A stretch of DNA of 64,000 bases, counting the filler, from Myxococcota bacterium (GTDB taxonomy: Bacteria; Myxococcota_C; UBA6777), in assembly GCA_023150835.1 (NCBI GenBank). It is 10 parts of 10 records of this genome, joined end to end, with 100 filler letters (N's around TTAATTAATTAA, not from the genome) between each part and the next. Parts side by side here need not be neighbours in the genome. Positions count along the whole stretch, not along the records: positions 3,478 to 35,411 come from JAKLKB010000070.1; positions 35,512 to 38,563 come from JAKLKB010000233.1; positions 38,664 to 41,475 come from JAKLKB010000234.1; 7 more parts are not named here. The stretch is one strand, 5' to 3'. Position numbers and translations under genes: made by a program. Below, piece after piece: positions 30,027 to 38,920 of this stretch; within the stretch, counting starts at the first letter, position 1; each line of letters begins with the position of its first letter. The notes under the pieces are model-generated. The model was given only the letters and a program-made list of their open reading frames with translations. It had not been told where the DNA came from and made no database searches.

Positions 30027-32372
30027 CTATTTGCGGCGTTGTTGTGTGCGCATGGCGGAGTAGGTGTGGAAGGGAGCGAGGTCGAGTTTGGGGGAGACAT
30101 CGCGGAGCATGGAGATGAGTTCTTGGAGTTGGTTGCGGAGGTCGAAGTGGTGAACGATGCCGAGGTAGATCAGTTCGAGGGGGAGGCGTTTGGGTACGAT
30201 CTGGTAGAGGGAGAGGGAGAAGGATTCTTCGAGGCGGCGTTCGAGGACTTGGATGGGGATATTGACTTGGATTTGATAGCTGAGCATGAGGCGCTGTTCG
30301 CGGAGGGGGTCGGGTGTGGGGGTGCGGTTTTGGCTTTCGAAGAGGACTTCGGTGGAGCCGTGTAGAGCGGAATGGAGGAGGGAGATTTGAGATTGACCGA
30401 GTTGGGAGATGCCGTCGCGGAGGGCGTGGGCAAAGGGTCGAGTGCCGATGAGGATCTGGCGAGCGACTTGGAGGGCGTTGGATTGTTGTTGGAGGGGTTC
30501 TTTGAGTTGAAGTTTTTCGGCGATGGTTTTGAGTTGTGGGGGTTGGAGTTGTCCGAAGCTTTCGAGGATGGGGGGTAGGATGATTTGGAGGAGGAGGGGA
30601 TCGCCGCTCCATTGTAGGCAAGTTTCATCGTCGGTGTAGAGGCAACCGAGGTTGGCTTGTCGAGGGGGGCGAGAGGGGATGGCTTTTTGGACCATGAGTT
30701 GGCATTGACCGGCGAATTGGTAGAGGAAGGACATGGTGTCGAGGGAAAGTTTGGGGAAGAGCCAGATATGGAGTTCGTGGTTGGGGCATTGTTGGCGGGA
30801 GGGAAGGAAGGTCGTGGAAGCGGCGGGGAGGTTGGAAGCGCTTTTGGAGGCGGCGGGGAGGTGGGGTGCGCTTTTGCTGTTGGGGAGAGGGGAGAGGTTG
30901 TTGGGAGCGGAGGGTTCGAGAAGGTGTTCGATCGAGCCGAGGGTCGGGATTTTTCGGGTGTAGAGGTTATTGGCGGCGTCTTTGTGGGTGTCTTGCAGTT
31001 TGGAGCCGTCGAGGGATTCGCCGAGGACAGCGGGTGCAGAAAGGAAGGCGTCATCGTCAAGATCGGGATGAGAGGGGGTATGTTCGTTGGTGGGGACATC
31101 TTCAAAGTCATCGAAGAGGTCGTGTTGGGGGGGGCGTTTTGGGTGTTGTGCCAGAGTTTCGGCGGTGATGGAGCGGGCGACGGGGAAGTGTTTGGGTGGA
31201 GAGAGTTGTTCTTCGATGACGGTGCCCATGAGTACGGGCATGGTGGGTTCGGGGGGAAGAGAATGGGAGCGCATCGAAGCGGGTGGTTTGATGGGTTTGA
31301 ATTTTTCGGTGGGAGCGAGGGCTTCTTGGAGGTTGTCGAGGCTTCCGCCGGAGCTTTCGAGGCTGACGCCGAGGGCACCGCCCATTTCTTCGAGTTGGAG
31401 TTCGAGATCGGAGGGAGGGAGAGAGTGGTGGTTGGGTCGGGGGGAAGGGGGTTTGATGACGGGGACTTCTTGGGTGCTCATGAGGGCGAGGTCATCGGTG
31501 GAGAGAGGCTTGTTGGCGGCATCAAAAGAGCCGCTGGGAGCGCGAGTACCGATAGAGAGGCCGAGGGGCGGAGGTTGTAAGGGTGTGTGGGAGGGTGGTT
31601 TATGGAGTTCTTCGGTATCGAGGACGAGTTCTCCTGTGTCGAGATCAGATTCGGAGGGCAGTACGCCGCGGATGACGGGGACATCGAGGGTTTGGGCCTC
31701 TTCGAGATGGCGAGAGGATCGGGATTTGAGGGGTGGTGGTTGAAGCGGGGGTGTGGGAGGAAGTGAGGGGGGGAGTTCTTCTTCGGAGGGGAAGGGTTCA
31801 ACAAAGAAGAAGACATCCATGGGATGGGCAAGGGTTTTGCGTTCTTCGGGAGTTGCGGGGGTGTAGGGTTCGGAGGGGAGATGAGGCTTGTCGAGCGTGT
31901 CGGCCTTTGCGGGGTCGCTGTGGGTGTGGAGATCGGACTCGTGGGCTTCGATGTTGGTTTCGGAGCTGGTGTCGGAGTCGGGTTCTAGGGGTAGGTTGTC
32001 GACAAAGAAGGCGATATTTTCGGCAGGCATGAGAGAGCCATGCGGGCCGGGCTGTTTGGGAGCGGGAAAGATATCGGGCGGTTCGAGTTGGCGGACAGAG
32101 GGTAGCGCATAAGGAGGCGGAGCATCGGTGATCTTGGGGGTTTGGGGTGTGGTGGCTTTGGAGGGGAGGGGGGGTGGTTTGAGAGGAGGGGTGGTTTGAG
32201 AGGGAGGTGTGGTTTGGGAGGGGGGTGTGGACAGCCCGACCGTAGCTGGCTGCATGCCGACAAAAGGTGAAGTCCCGGGCGCTTTGGGCGGTCGGGAAGG
32301 CGACACAGAGGCTTCGTTGTTTTTGGAAGCCTGCTTGGAGGATGGGTTTGTTGGGTTTTTTTCCATGTCCAC
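30027..32372 (-). CDS. Hypothetical protein with a long Pro/Ser-rich disordered region and a folded C-terminal domain
   Basis: 781-aa ORF co-oriented with its neighbours. Confidence 0.75.
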   Translation of the reverse strand: MDMEKNPTNPSSKQASKNNEASVSPSRPPKAPGTSPFVGMQPATVGLSTPPSQTTPPSQTTPPLKPPPLPSKATTPQTPKITDAPPPYALPSVRQLEPPDIFPAPKQPGPHGSLMPAENIAFFVDNLPLEPDSDTSSETNIEAHESDLHTHSDPAKADTLDKPHLPSEPYTPATPEERKTLAHPMDVFFFVEPFPSEEELPPSLPPTPPLQPPPLKSRSSRHLEEAQTLDVPVIRGVLPSESDLDTGELVLDTEELHKPPSHTPLQPPPLGLSIGTRAPSGSFDAANKPLSTDDLALMSTQEVPVIKPPSPRPNHHSLPPSDLELQLEEMGGALGVSLESSGGSLDNLQEALAPTEKFKPIKPPASMRSHSLPPEPTMPVLMGTVIEEQLSPPKHFPVARSITAETLAQHPKRPPQHDLFDDFEDVPTNEHTPSHPDLDDDAFLSAPAVLGESLDGSKLQDTHKDAANNLYTRKIPTLGSIEHLLEPSAPNNLSPLPNSKSAPHLPAASKSASNLPAASTTFLPSRQQCPNHELHIWLFPKLSLDTMSFLYQFAGQCQLMVQKAIPSRPPRQANLGCLYTDDETCLQWSGDPLLLQIILPPILESFGQLQPPQLKTIAEKLQLKEPLQQQSNALQVARQILIGTRPFAHALRDGISQLGQSQISLLHSALHGSTEVLFESQNRTPTPDPLREQRLMLSYQIQVNIPIQVLERRLEESFSLSLYQIVPKRLPLELIYLGIVHHFDLRNQLQELISMLRDVSPKLDLAPFHTYSAMRTQQRRK

Positions 32373-32683
32373 TTATGCGCGTCTGGGTTTCAATGCTCGT
32401 TCGCCCCGAAGGACGGACGCTACAGGGAGAGAACGATCGAGGACTCGTCGAGCAGTTTCAATGTTCGTCCTGAAGACCGAACTGCCGTTGTTGGAACATC
32501 AGGATGTGTGCGGTTTCGAGCGTAGAGAGCCTTGTGGGGGGATGGGTGATTTGGAGACCGATCAGACGGGATGCCAAGTCCATCGGGGGATCACAAGGCG
32601 ATCTGTACGCGAACCGCGACACGGAAGTTGGATTATCCACAGATCTATCTTTTAGGAAAGGGGGTGTTTTTGAGGAGAAGAGA

Positions 32684-34843
32684 TCAGCGGCCGGGGAGGA
32701 ACTCGGTGAGGCAAGTGAGGTGGCCGAGTTTTCCTTTGTAAACCGAGAGGATAGAGAGTCGGACGGAGGATGTTTTGACGTTGCGAAAAGTGACGACTTG
32801 TTTGGCGTCGGTGTCTTTGAGGGTGACGGTTTGGGAGGAACCGTCGGAGAAGGTAAGGCGAGCTTGTTTGACGCGATTGTTGAGGATGTAGCGTTCGCCG
32901 GGGCGTCGGCAGCCGTTGGTGATGGAGACGGCGTTGAGTTCTTGGGGCATGGGGAGGAGGAATTGGAGCCATTCGCCGATGCCGTCATCGAGTCGGCCTT
33001 CGCCCCAAGCGGTGATATCGCGGCTATCGCCGGCATTTTGGGGTTCGTAGGTTTCAGCGCCTTGGGATTGGAAAGAAGAGGCGGTGTAGAGGACCTCATC
33101 AAAGACGGGGACAACTTCGCCGAGGAAGCCGAGGGAGTTTTCTTTTTCGGGGAGGGTGAGTCGTTGGGTGCGGCCTTGGGGGTCGCGGTATTCTTGGAGG
33201 ATCTCGATGCGCAAGAAGGAAGTGTCGACAGGGTTGGGGAAGCGGAAAAAGGTGTAGGGTCGGCCATCTTGGAGAGCGATTTCATAGCGAGCGGATTCTG
33301 CGGTGGTGATGCGAAGATAGGAGGGTGGGACGAGGCGTGGGGCGCTTTGTTCGCCGCCGGGGAAATATTCGTCGGCGACGTGTTTGAGTTGGGAGGGGAT
33401 CTGTGCGGAGATGGCGACGCCAAGGAGTCGACGGCTTTTGATGAATTGGAGGCGAACCCATTCGCCGATGCCACGTGGGCTTTTGTTGGCGACCCAGATG
33501 GTATCACGGAAGCCATCGGCGAGGTTTTGGGGTCGAGAGCGCATGGCGAGGCGAGCTTTTTCGGCGTCGTTGCCTTTGGGGGCGACGCGATCCCAAGTGC
33601 TGCTGGTGGTGATACTCAAGATGCCACGGGCTTGATTGAGGGGTTGGTAGGTGCCGTTGTGGAACTTGTACATGGTGCGCCCAAGGAGGCCGTTGAAGTT
33701 GGGGGTTTCGTAATAGTGATCGACGATCAATTCGAGCCACGCGTCAGCGTCCATATTTTGGAAGCGGAATTGAGCCCATTGACGGCCAGCGGCATCGGAT
33801 TCTTCGCCTTCTTTGGAAGTGGTGAGTGTGAGGATGTTGTTTAACTTTTTATTGATCGGGTCGTAGGTGTGGAAGGATTGTTCTTGTTTGCGCATGGTGC
33901 CGAGCTTGAGGTTGTTTTCGCATTGGAGGGCGATCAAGCTACCTTCGGAGTTGAGGGGCCGCAGTTCGATGTTGTCGGCTTGGAGGCGTCCGATGACTTC
34001 GATTTTGGGTCCGGTGGGAGCGGCGGGAGCGTCGTCTTCTTTGGGGGCGTCGGGCTTGGGTTCGGTTTTGGCGGCAGGTGGGGAAGGGATCTCCGCGGCG
34101 ACGATGATCTCAAGGGGTTTGTGGGCGATGCGTTTGGGTTTGACTTTGGGGCATGGGCACAGCGGGATATCGGTTTCGCCCGTTTGTTTGTACCAGCGAT
34201 CGAAGAAAGATTGTCGTTTGCGGGGGGGGGCAGAAGCGATCTTTTTGATGCGCCAAGCGTTGATTTTGTAGGTGTTGTTGTTGTCGACGTTGACGAACAC
34301 GATATCGTTGAGGTTCCAACGCTTCCAACGTCCGAGTTTGCTGCCGAGGGTACGGACCATCTGAAAGCTGAGATCGGTTTCTTTGATCGGAGGTTTGGTT
34401 TGAAGTTGATACCAGAGGTGGAGGGTTTTGCGTTTTTTGCCTTCGATCTTGATCTGGTAGAGGTAGTCTTCGTGTTTGGAGAGGGCTTCGGTGACTTGTT
34501 TGATCATGGCGAGGGTTTTGGCGTCGCCTTGGGGGGTGGGTTTGGGGCAGAGGCAGCCTTTGCGTTTGGGAGCCTCTTTTTTGGCGGTGGGATTGGGGTT
34601 GTAGACGACGACCCATTCTTTTTGCTTGTCGCCGTTGAGATCGATCTGGATGCTGCGGTATTGGGGGATCTGATCGGGGGTGATGGTTTGTCCGGGGAAA
34701 AGCTGAGCGAGGATGGCCGCAGGGACGGGGGTTTGGGCAGAAGAAGAATCGGCGTCTTGGGCGATCACGGCGTGGCTTCCGCCAAACAAGAGCACGAGGC
34801 CAAGAGAGCATAACCAGAAGAACTTGTGTCGCAGGTGTTTCAA
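32684..34843 (-). CDS. Secreted protein with two discoidin-like (NADase-type glycan-binding) domains
   Basis: Signal peptide; two TxW...GIGEW repeats; NNRVKQARLTFSDG. Confidence 0.8.
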   Translation of the reverse strand: MKHLRHKFFWLCSLGLVLLFGGSHAVIAQDADSSSAQTPVPAAILAQLFPGQTITPDQIPQYRSIQIDLNGDKQKEWVVVYNPNPTAKKEAPKRKGCLCPKPTPQGDAKTLAMIKQVTEALSKHEDYLYQIKIEGKKRKTLHLWYQLQTKPPIKETDLSFQMVRTLGSKLGRWKRWNLNDIVFVNVDNNNTYKINAWRIKKIASAPPRKRQSFFDRWYKQTGETDIPLCPCPKVKPKRIAHKPLEIIVAAEIPSPPAAKTEPKPDAPKEDDAPAAPTGPKIEVIGRLQADNIELRPLNSEGSLIALQCENNLKLGTMRKQEQSFHTYDPINKKLNNILTLTTSKEGEESDAAGRQWAQFRFQNMDADAWLELIVDHYYETPNFNGLLGRTMYKFHNGTYQPLNQARGILSITTSSTWDRVAPKGNDAEKARLAMRSRPQNLADGFRDTIWVANKSPRGIGEWVRLQFIKSRRLLGVAISAQIPSQLKHVADEYFPGGEQSAPRLVPPSYLRITTAESARYEIALQDGRPYTFFRFPNPVDTSFLRIEILQEYRDPQGRTQRLTLPEKENSLGFLGEVVPVFDEVLYTASSFQSQGAETYEPQNAGDSRDITAWGEGRLDDGIGEWLQFLLPMPQELNAVSITNGCRRPGERYILNNRVKQARLTFSDGSSQTVTLKDTDAKQVVTFRNVKTSSVRLSILSVYKGKLGHLTCLTEFLPGR

Positions 34844-35049
34844 GGTTGCCTCCGCATTTGCGTGGTGAGTGCAGCAAGGCGACGGGATGAACCCGTACGG
34901 CGTGTTGCGTTTGGGTGGAGTGCGCTGATTTGGGTGGAGTGCGCTAGTTGGATGGAAGTGATGCGATATCTTGGGTCAAAGCGTCAAGCGCCCGCGTTGA
35001 TTTGTCTGATACGACCGCACGATCGGGTAGCAGCCTTTGGGATCTAATC

Positions 35050-35135
35050 TGATATCCGTGAGAAGCGTACACGAAGGGCCGATGCGATCCGTTGTAAAAG
35101 CCCTGTGGTTGGGCAGCCACAGATGGCCCCTCTTA
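35050..35135 (-). repeat. REP element
   Basis: Linker shared with 3247 and 5450, then GCCCTGTGGTTGGGCAGCCACAG. Confidence 0.7.
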
Positions 35136-35185
35136 CGTGGGTACAAAACGCGGGCATCACGCAGAGGATATCGAAAAGAAGAGTC

Positions 35186-35411
35186 CACGGAAAGCACGGA
35201 AAACACGGAAAATACGGAAAGTACCGAAAGTACGGAAAGTACGGAAAGTACGGAAAGTACGGAAAGTACGAAAAGTACGGAAAGTACGGAAAGTACGGAA
35301 AGCACGGAAAGTACGGAAAGTACGGAAAGTACGGAAAGTACGGAAAGTACGGAAAGTACGGAAAGTACGGAAAGTACGGAAAGTACGGAAAGTACGGAAA
35401 GTACGGAAAGT
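35186..35411 (+). repeat. 9-bp tandem repeat (YACGGAAAG) about x25, running to the contig end
   Basis: Direct inspection. Confidence 0.95.
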
Positions 35412-35528
35412 NNNNNNNNNNNNNNNNNNNNNNNNNNNNNNNNNNNNNNNNNNNNTTAATTAATTAANNNNNNNNNNNNNNNNNNNNNNNNNNNNNNNNN
35501 NNNNNNNNNNNCTTCGGTCGCATTATCT

Positions 35529-35554
35529 GTAGGGGCAGCCCCCTGTGGCTGCCC
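35529..35554 (+). repeat. REP palindrome
   Basis: GTAGGGGCAGCCCCCTGTGGCTGCCC. Confidence 0.8.
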
Positions 35555-35803
35555 AAGAACAGGACTGCTACAGCAAATCGTGCCGACGCTTCGGTCGCAT
35601 TTCTCTTGGAGAGTGTATAAGGCTGAGCGGTGGTGGTGTCGAGTCGTTAAGCAAAGAGGGTTTGTGTGCTTTAATCTCAAGGAGAGTAAGGCGGAGCAAA
35701 AGCGAGGTGGTTGGGCGGAAAACAAGAGGGATGATTTGCAGAGCTTTCGGCAAGACTTGGAGTAAGCTCTCTTGAAAAACGGCTCTAGGCAAGACAGTTT
35801 GGA

Positions 35804-36145
35804 TTATTCTTCGTCGGTCTTCTTGTCATCGGCTTTCTTGTCATCGGCTTTCTTGTCATCGGCCTTCTTATCATCGGCCTTCTTGTCATCGGCCTTCTTG
35901 TCATCGGCCTTCTTATCATCGGCCTTCTTGTCATCGGCCTTCTTGTCATCGGCCTTTTTTGCATCAGCGGCCTTTTTTGCATCAGCGGCCTTTTTTGCAT
36001 CAGCGGCCTTTTTTGCATCGGCCTTCTTGGTATCTTTTTTCAATGGAGCGGGGCGGGAATCAGGCGATTGGGCTGTGTCTTTTTTGCAAGCGGACACGGA
36101 CAAGGCGAAGGCGACAGCAACAAGTAGAGCAAGGATCTTTTTCAT
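35804..36145 (-). CDS. Small lipoprotein with KKAADA and KKADD repeats
   Basis: MKKILALL...SVSAC lipobox; GGAG RBS; synonymous variation among the repeat units. Confidence 0.85.
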   Translation of the reverse strand: MKKILALLVAVAFALSVSACKKDTAQSPDSRPAPLKKDTKKADAKKAADAKKAADAKKAADAKKADDKKADDKKADDKKADDKKADDKKADDKKADDKKADDKKADDKKTDEE

Positions 36146-36374
36146 GTTTGATCTCCGTTTATGTTCTCTTCCATAATCATCCGTCCAAACGGCCAGATGC
36201 AACAAGGAACTTGGGGCGAGCGCAAAGGATCCAACCGTCTCCTTGTTTGGGGGTCCATCCCACAACAATCACCAGTCTTCCCTCTACGCACATTCCACTC
36301 TAGGCGTTGCATCCTTTAACATACCTCGGACGAATCGACAAGCAGAATTTTGTTTTGAGCGTGTGGTTTGTTTT

Positions 36375-38171
36375 CTAACGAACCGAAGAAACAGAAAAAT
36401 CTTCGTTCGTCGGGCTTTGGTGTAAAAGCCTTTGCAGCCGTTCAGGTTCGACGCGCAAGGCGATGTTTTCATCCCGCAGCACCGCGACTTGTCCGGGGTT
36501 TGCGCCTTTGGGTTTTTTGACATGCCTCACTTGCGTAAAGATCACGTCCACATGGGTTTGCTGACGGGCTTTGCTAAAGTAAGTCGCCAACGTTGCGGCA
36601 TCCAACAATACTTCGTTGGGGAGAGCTTCTTGTGACTTTTGACGGGGGATCACGACGTGCGAACCCGGGCAGCCGCGCACATGCAGCCAAAGATCGTTTC
36701 CGCGACTGAGGCGAAAGGTCAACTCGTCGTTGGCTTGGCTGCTGCGACCCACAAGGATGCGATACCCTTGTTGTGAGGTGAACGTGTGAAAGGGGCGCGC
36801 ACGTTGGGGAGGCTCTTTGCCTTCGGAGGCGGGGGCTTGTTCAGCGAGACCTGCTGGGACGTAGCGCAACAACTCCTCCATGTCTTGCACTTGTTCGATC
36901 CACTCGATCTCAAAGCGCAAGGTGTCGATGCGTTCGCGGGTTTCGTCGAGACGCGGAGCCGTCGCCTCGATGCCTTTGCGTGCGCGCTTGATCTTGCGAA
37001 ACAGCTTGTCGAGGTTTTCTGTCGCCGAAAGCATCGGATCTAGCGCGATCGTTCGCTTACCCATCGCAGGATCGTAATAGTCGGTCACTTCGATCTCGGT
37101 GGCTCCGCGCTTGATCGCGTGAAGATGCCCTTTTAACAATTCCGCTTCTTGCTCTTTTTGCAGGCTTTCTTGGCAGCGCCCAAGATCCTCTTGCAAGGCT
37201 TCCACGAGGCGCTCGGCTTTTTTGAGCTGTTTTCGGCGTGTCTTCAGCGCGATCTGGCGGAGACTTTGAAAACGTTGCTTTTCGCTGCGTTGCTGAAACC
37301 GTTGGCCGATCCCGATCTGCAAAGGCCACCGATACAACGTATGTTCCGCCGCTAACCCCATCGCGGCCAAGGCTTCTTCTCCCTGCGCCTTCGCTTCCAA
37401 CAATCGCTGCATCTCTTCGGCCCCGACCTCCAACGCTCCCGCCTCTGCCCATCGCAACCATGACCCTTCCGCCTCCAAGGTCATGGCTTGGCGCTCTGTA
37501 TCGAGCGCCACCGAATTGCCTGAAAACACCGCAGCGGTGTTTTGCGAAGCAGCGGTGTTTTGTGGAGGCTCGGTGTTTTGCGAAGCAGCGGTGTTTTGTG
37601 GAGGCTCGGTGTTTTGCGAAGCAGCGGTGTTTTGTGGAGGCTCGGTGAGTGCTGAGGCTTCGGTGGGTGTCGAAGTCTCGGTGCGTGTTGGCGGTGGTGT
37701 GGGCTTTTCGGGCGGAGAGTACGGATCACGCAAGCGCAATCCGCGTTGTATGGACAGCGGCTGCATACTCGCCAAGACGTTGTAAGCGTCATCCACAAGC
37801 ATGAGTTGTCCTTTTCGTGCGATCATCTCGACGATCAACGCATGACGGGCATCTGCTCGCCCCACTTCGATGCAGACGATGGGTTCGCCTTGGAGTGCGC
37901 GGATGCTTTGGATGCGCCCGTTCAACAGTTCTTTGCGCAGGCGCATACAAAAGCTCGGTGGTTCAGGCAAGGACGGCAGTTTTTCTGGCAACAAATGCAG
38001 GCGTTCCAATCCTTGCTCTATCGAAAGATACAGCCACAGGCTTTCCCCCGGGATACGCAAGTGAAATTGGAGTTCCTCTGCCGAGGTTTGTTGGATCTTT
38101 TGGATCTGTGCGCCTTCAAGGGACTGTAATTCGTCCACCAACGCATACACTTCGTAGGTTTTGAGTGCCAA
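36375..38171 (-). CDS. NFACT (Rqc2/RqcH, FbpA-like) family protein
   Basis: PPSFCMRLRKELLNGRI, TIALDPMLS, and NFACT-R ILVGRSSQANDELT...WLHVRGCPGSHV; AGGAGA RBS before TTG 38171. Confidence 0.92.
   Translation of the reverse strand: MALKTYEVYALVDELQSLEGAQIQKIQQTSAEELQFHLRIPGESLWLYLSIEQGLERLHLLPEKLPSLPEPPSFCMRLRKELLNGRIQSIRALQGEPIVCIEVGRADARHALIVEMIARKGQLMLVDDAYNVLASMQPLSIQRGLRLRDPYSPPEKPTPPPTRTETSTPTEASALTEPPQNTAASQNTEPPQNTAASQNTEPPQNTAASQNTAAVFSGNSVALDTERQAMTLEAEGSWLRWAEAGALEVGAEEMQRLLEAKAQGEEALAAMGLAAEHTLYRWPLQIGIGQRFQQRSEKQRFQSLRQIALKTRRKQLKKAERLVEALQEDLGRCQESLQKEQEAELLKGHLHAIKRGATEIEVTDYYDPAMGKRTIALDPMLSATENLDKLFRKIKRARKGIEATAPRLDETRERIDTLRFEIEWIEQVQDMEELLRYVPAGLAEQAPASEGKEPPQRARPFHTFTSQQGYRILVGRSSQANDELTFRLSRGNDLWLHVRGCPGSHVVIPRQKSQEALPNEVLLDAATLATYFSKARQQTHVDVIFTQVRHVKKPKGANPGQVAVLRDENIALRVEPERLQRLLHQSPTNEDFSVSSVR
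37536..37645. repeat. 36-bp in-frame repeat x3 inside the NFACT gene
   Basis: EPPQNTAASQNT x3. Confidence 0.9.
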
Positions 38172-38392
38172 CGTTTCTCTCCTCTCAACGGGTTTGTCAG
38201 GGCTTGTTTGGTTTTTTTGCGTGGGATCGCATCTTTTGTGTGCGCTTGACCGTTGTAAAACTTCGGCGTGGTTTTTTTCTTTTGCTTGAACGTCAAGCTG
38301 CGGTATAAAAGCGAGGTTCGTCAATCTCCAGAAAGCATCGGGTGATGGCCGTGTTTCACTTACATATCCAAGAAGGCGAGCGTTTTCGCGTT

Positions 38393-38563
38393 GGCTCATG
38401 TTGTGTTTTGAGGTCTTTTTTTTAAAACGTGGTATCCTCGGGCTTCATGGCTTGTTTGCCCTTGACATGAGAGGTCTCAGAGGAACGTCTCGCGACATGA
38501 CAGTTGAAGAAAACAACGAAAACTCGATGGGTTCGTTCAAAACAGATAGCGATGAAGAGGTCA
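38393..38563. mobile_element. 25-bp terminus copy 2, plus different internal sequence up to the contig end
   Basis: GGCTCATGTTGTGTTTTGAGGTCTT identical to 55167-55191. Confidence 0.55.
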
Positions 38564-38663
38564 NNNNNNNNNNNNNNNNNNNNNNNNNNNNNNNNNNNNN
38601 NNNNNNNTTAATTAATTAANNNNNNNNNNNNNNNNNNNNNNNNNNNNNNNNNNNNNNNNNNNN

Positions 38664-38883
38664 TGCAAGCGCCGCAATGGGCGTTGTCGTTGAGCAAAGA
38701 AACACAAGTATTTGCGCAACGAGCGGAAGCATCGGGACAACGGCAGAGCTTTTCGAGGCACTTTTGGCCGCCGCTACATTCGCTGTCTTGTTGGCAAGTG
38801 CCGGTGGGAGAGCCACAAGCGGCCATCCACCACCACAGCACCAAAGGGCCAAGCAGCCCGATTTGTCGTTTCCATCGGATCAT
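38664..38883 (-). CDS. Cys-rich repeat lipoprotein, N-terminus only (3' partial)
   Basis: Leader ending MAAC, then CVSLLNDNAHCGAC. Confidence 0.8.
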
Positions 38884-38920
38884 TCTCTTCTCCTTTATCT
38901 GCACAGAAATAAACTGAACA

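Noticed and set aside
32633..32641. Perfect DnaA box TTATCCACA
   Set aside because: A single box with no cluster, AT-rich unwinding region or dnaA gene; not enough to call oriC
35037..35467. (STE)n, (KYG)n and (KVR)n ORFs, and the ORFs across 20224-21007
   Set aside because: Translations of tandem repeats that are open in several frames, with no evidence of coding
38172..38399. 76-aa N-terminal extension of the NFACT ORF
   Set aside because: The ATG comes from the 25-bp repeat; the TTG at 38171 has an RBS and matches the family start
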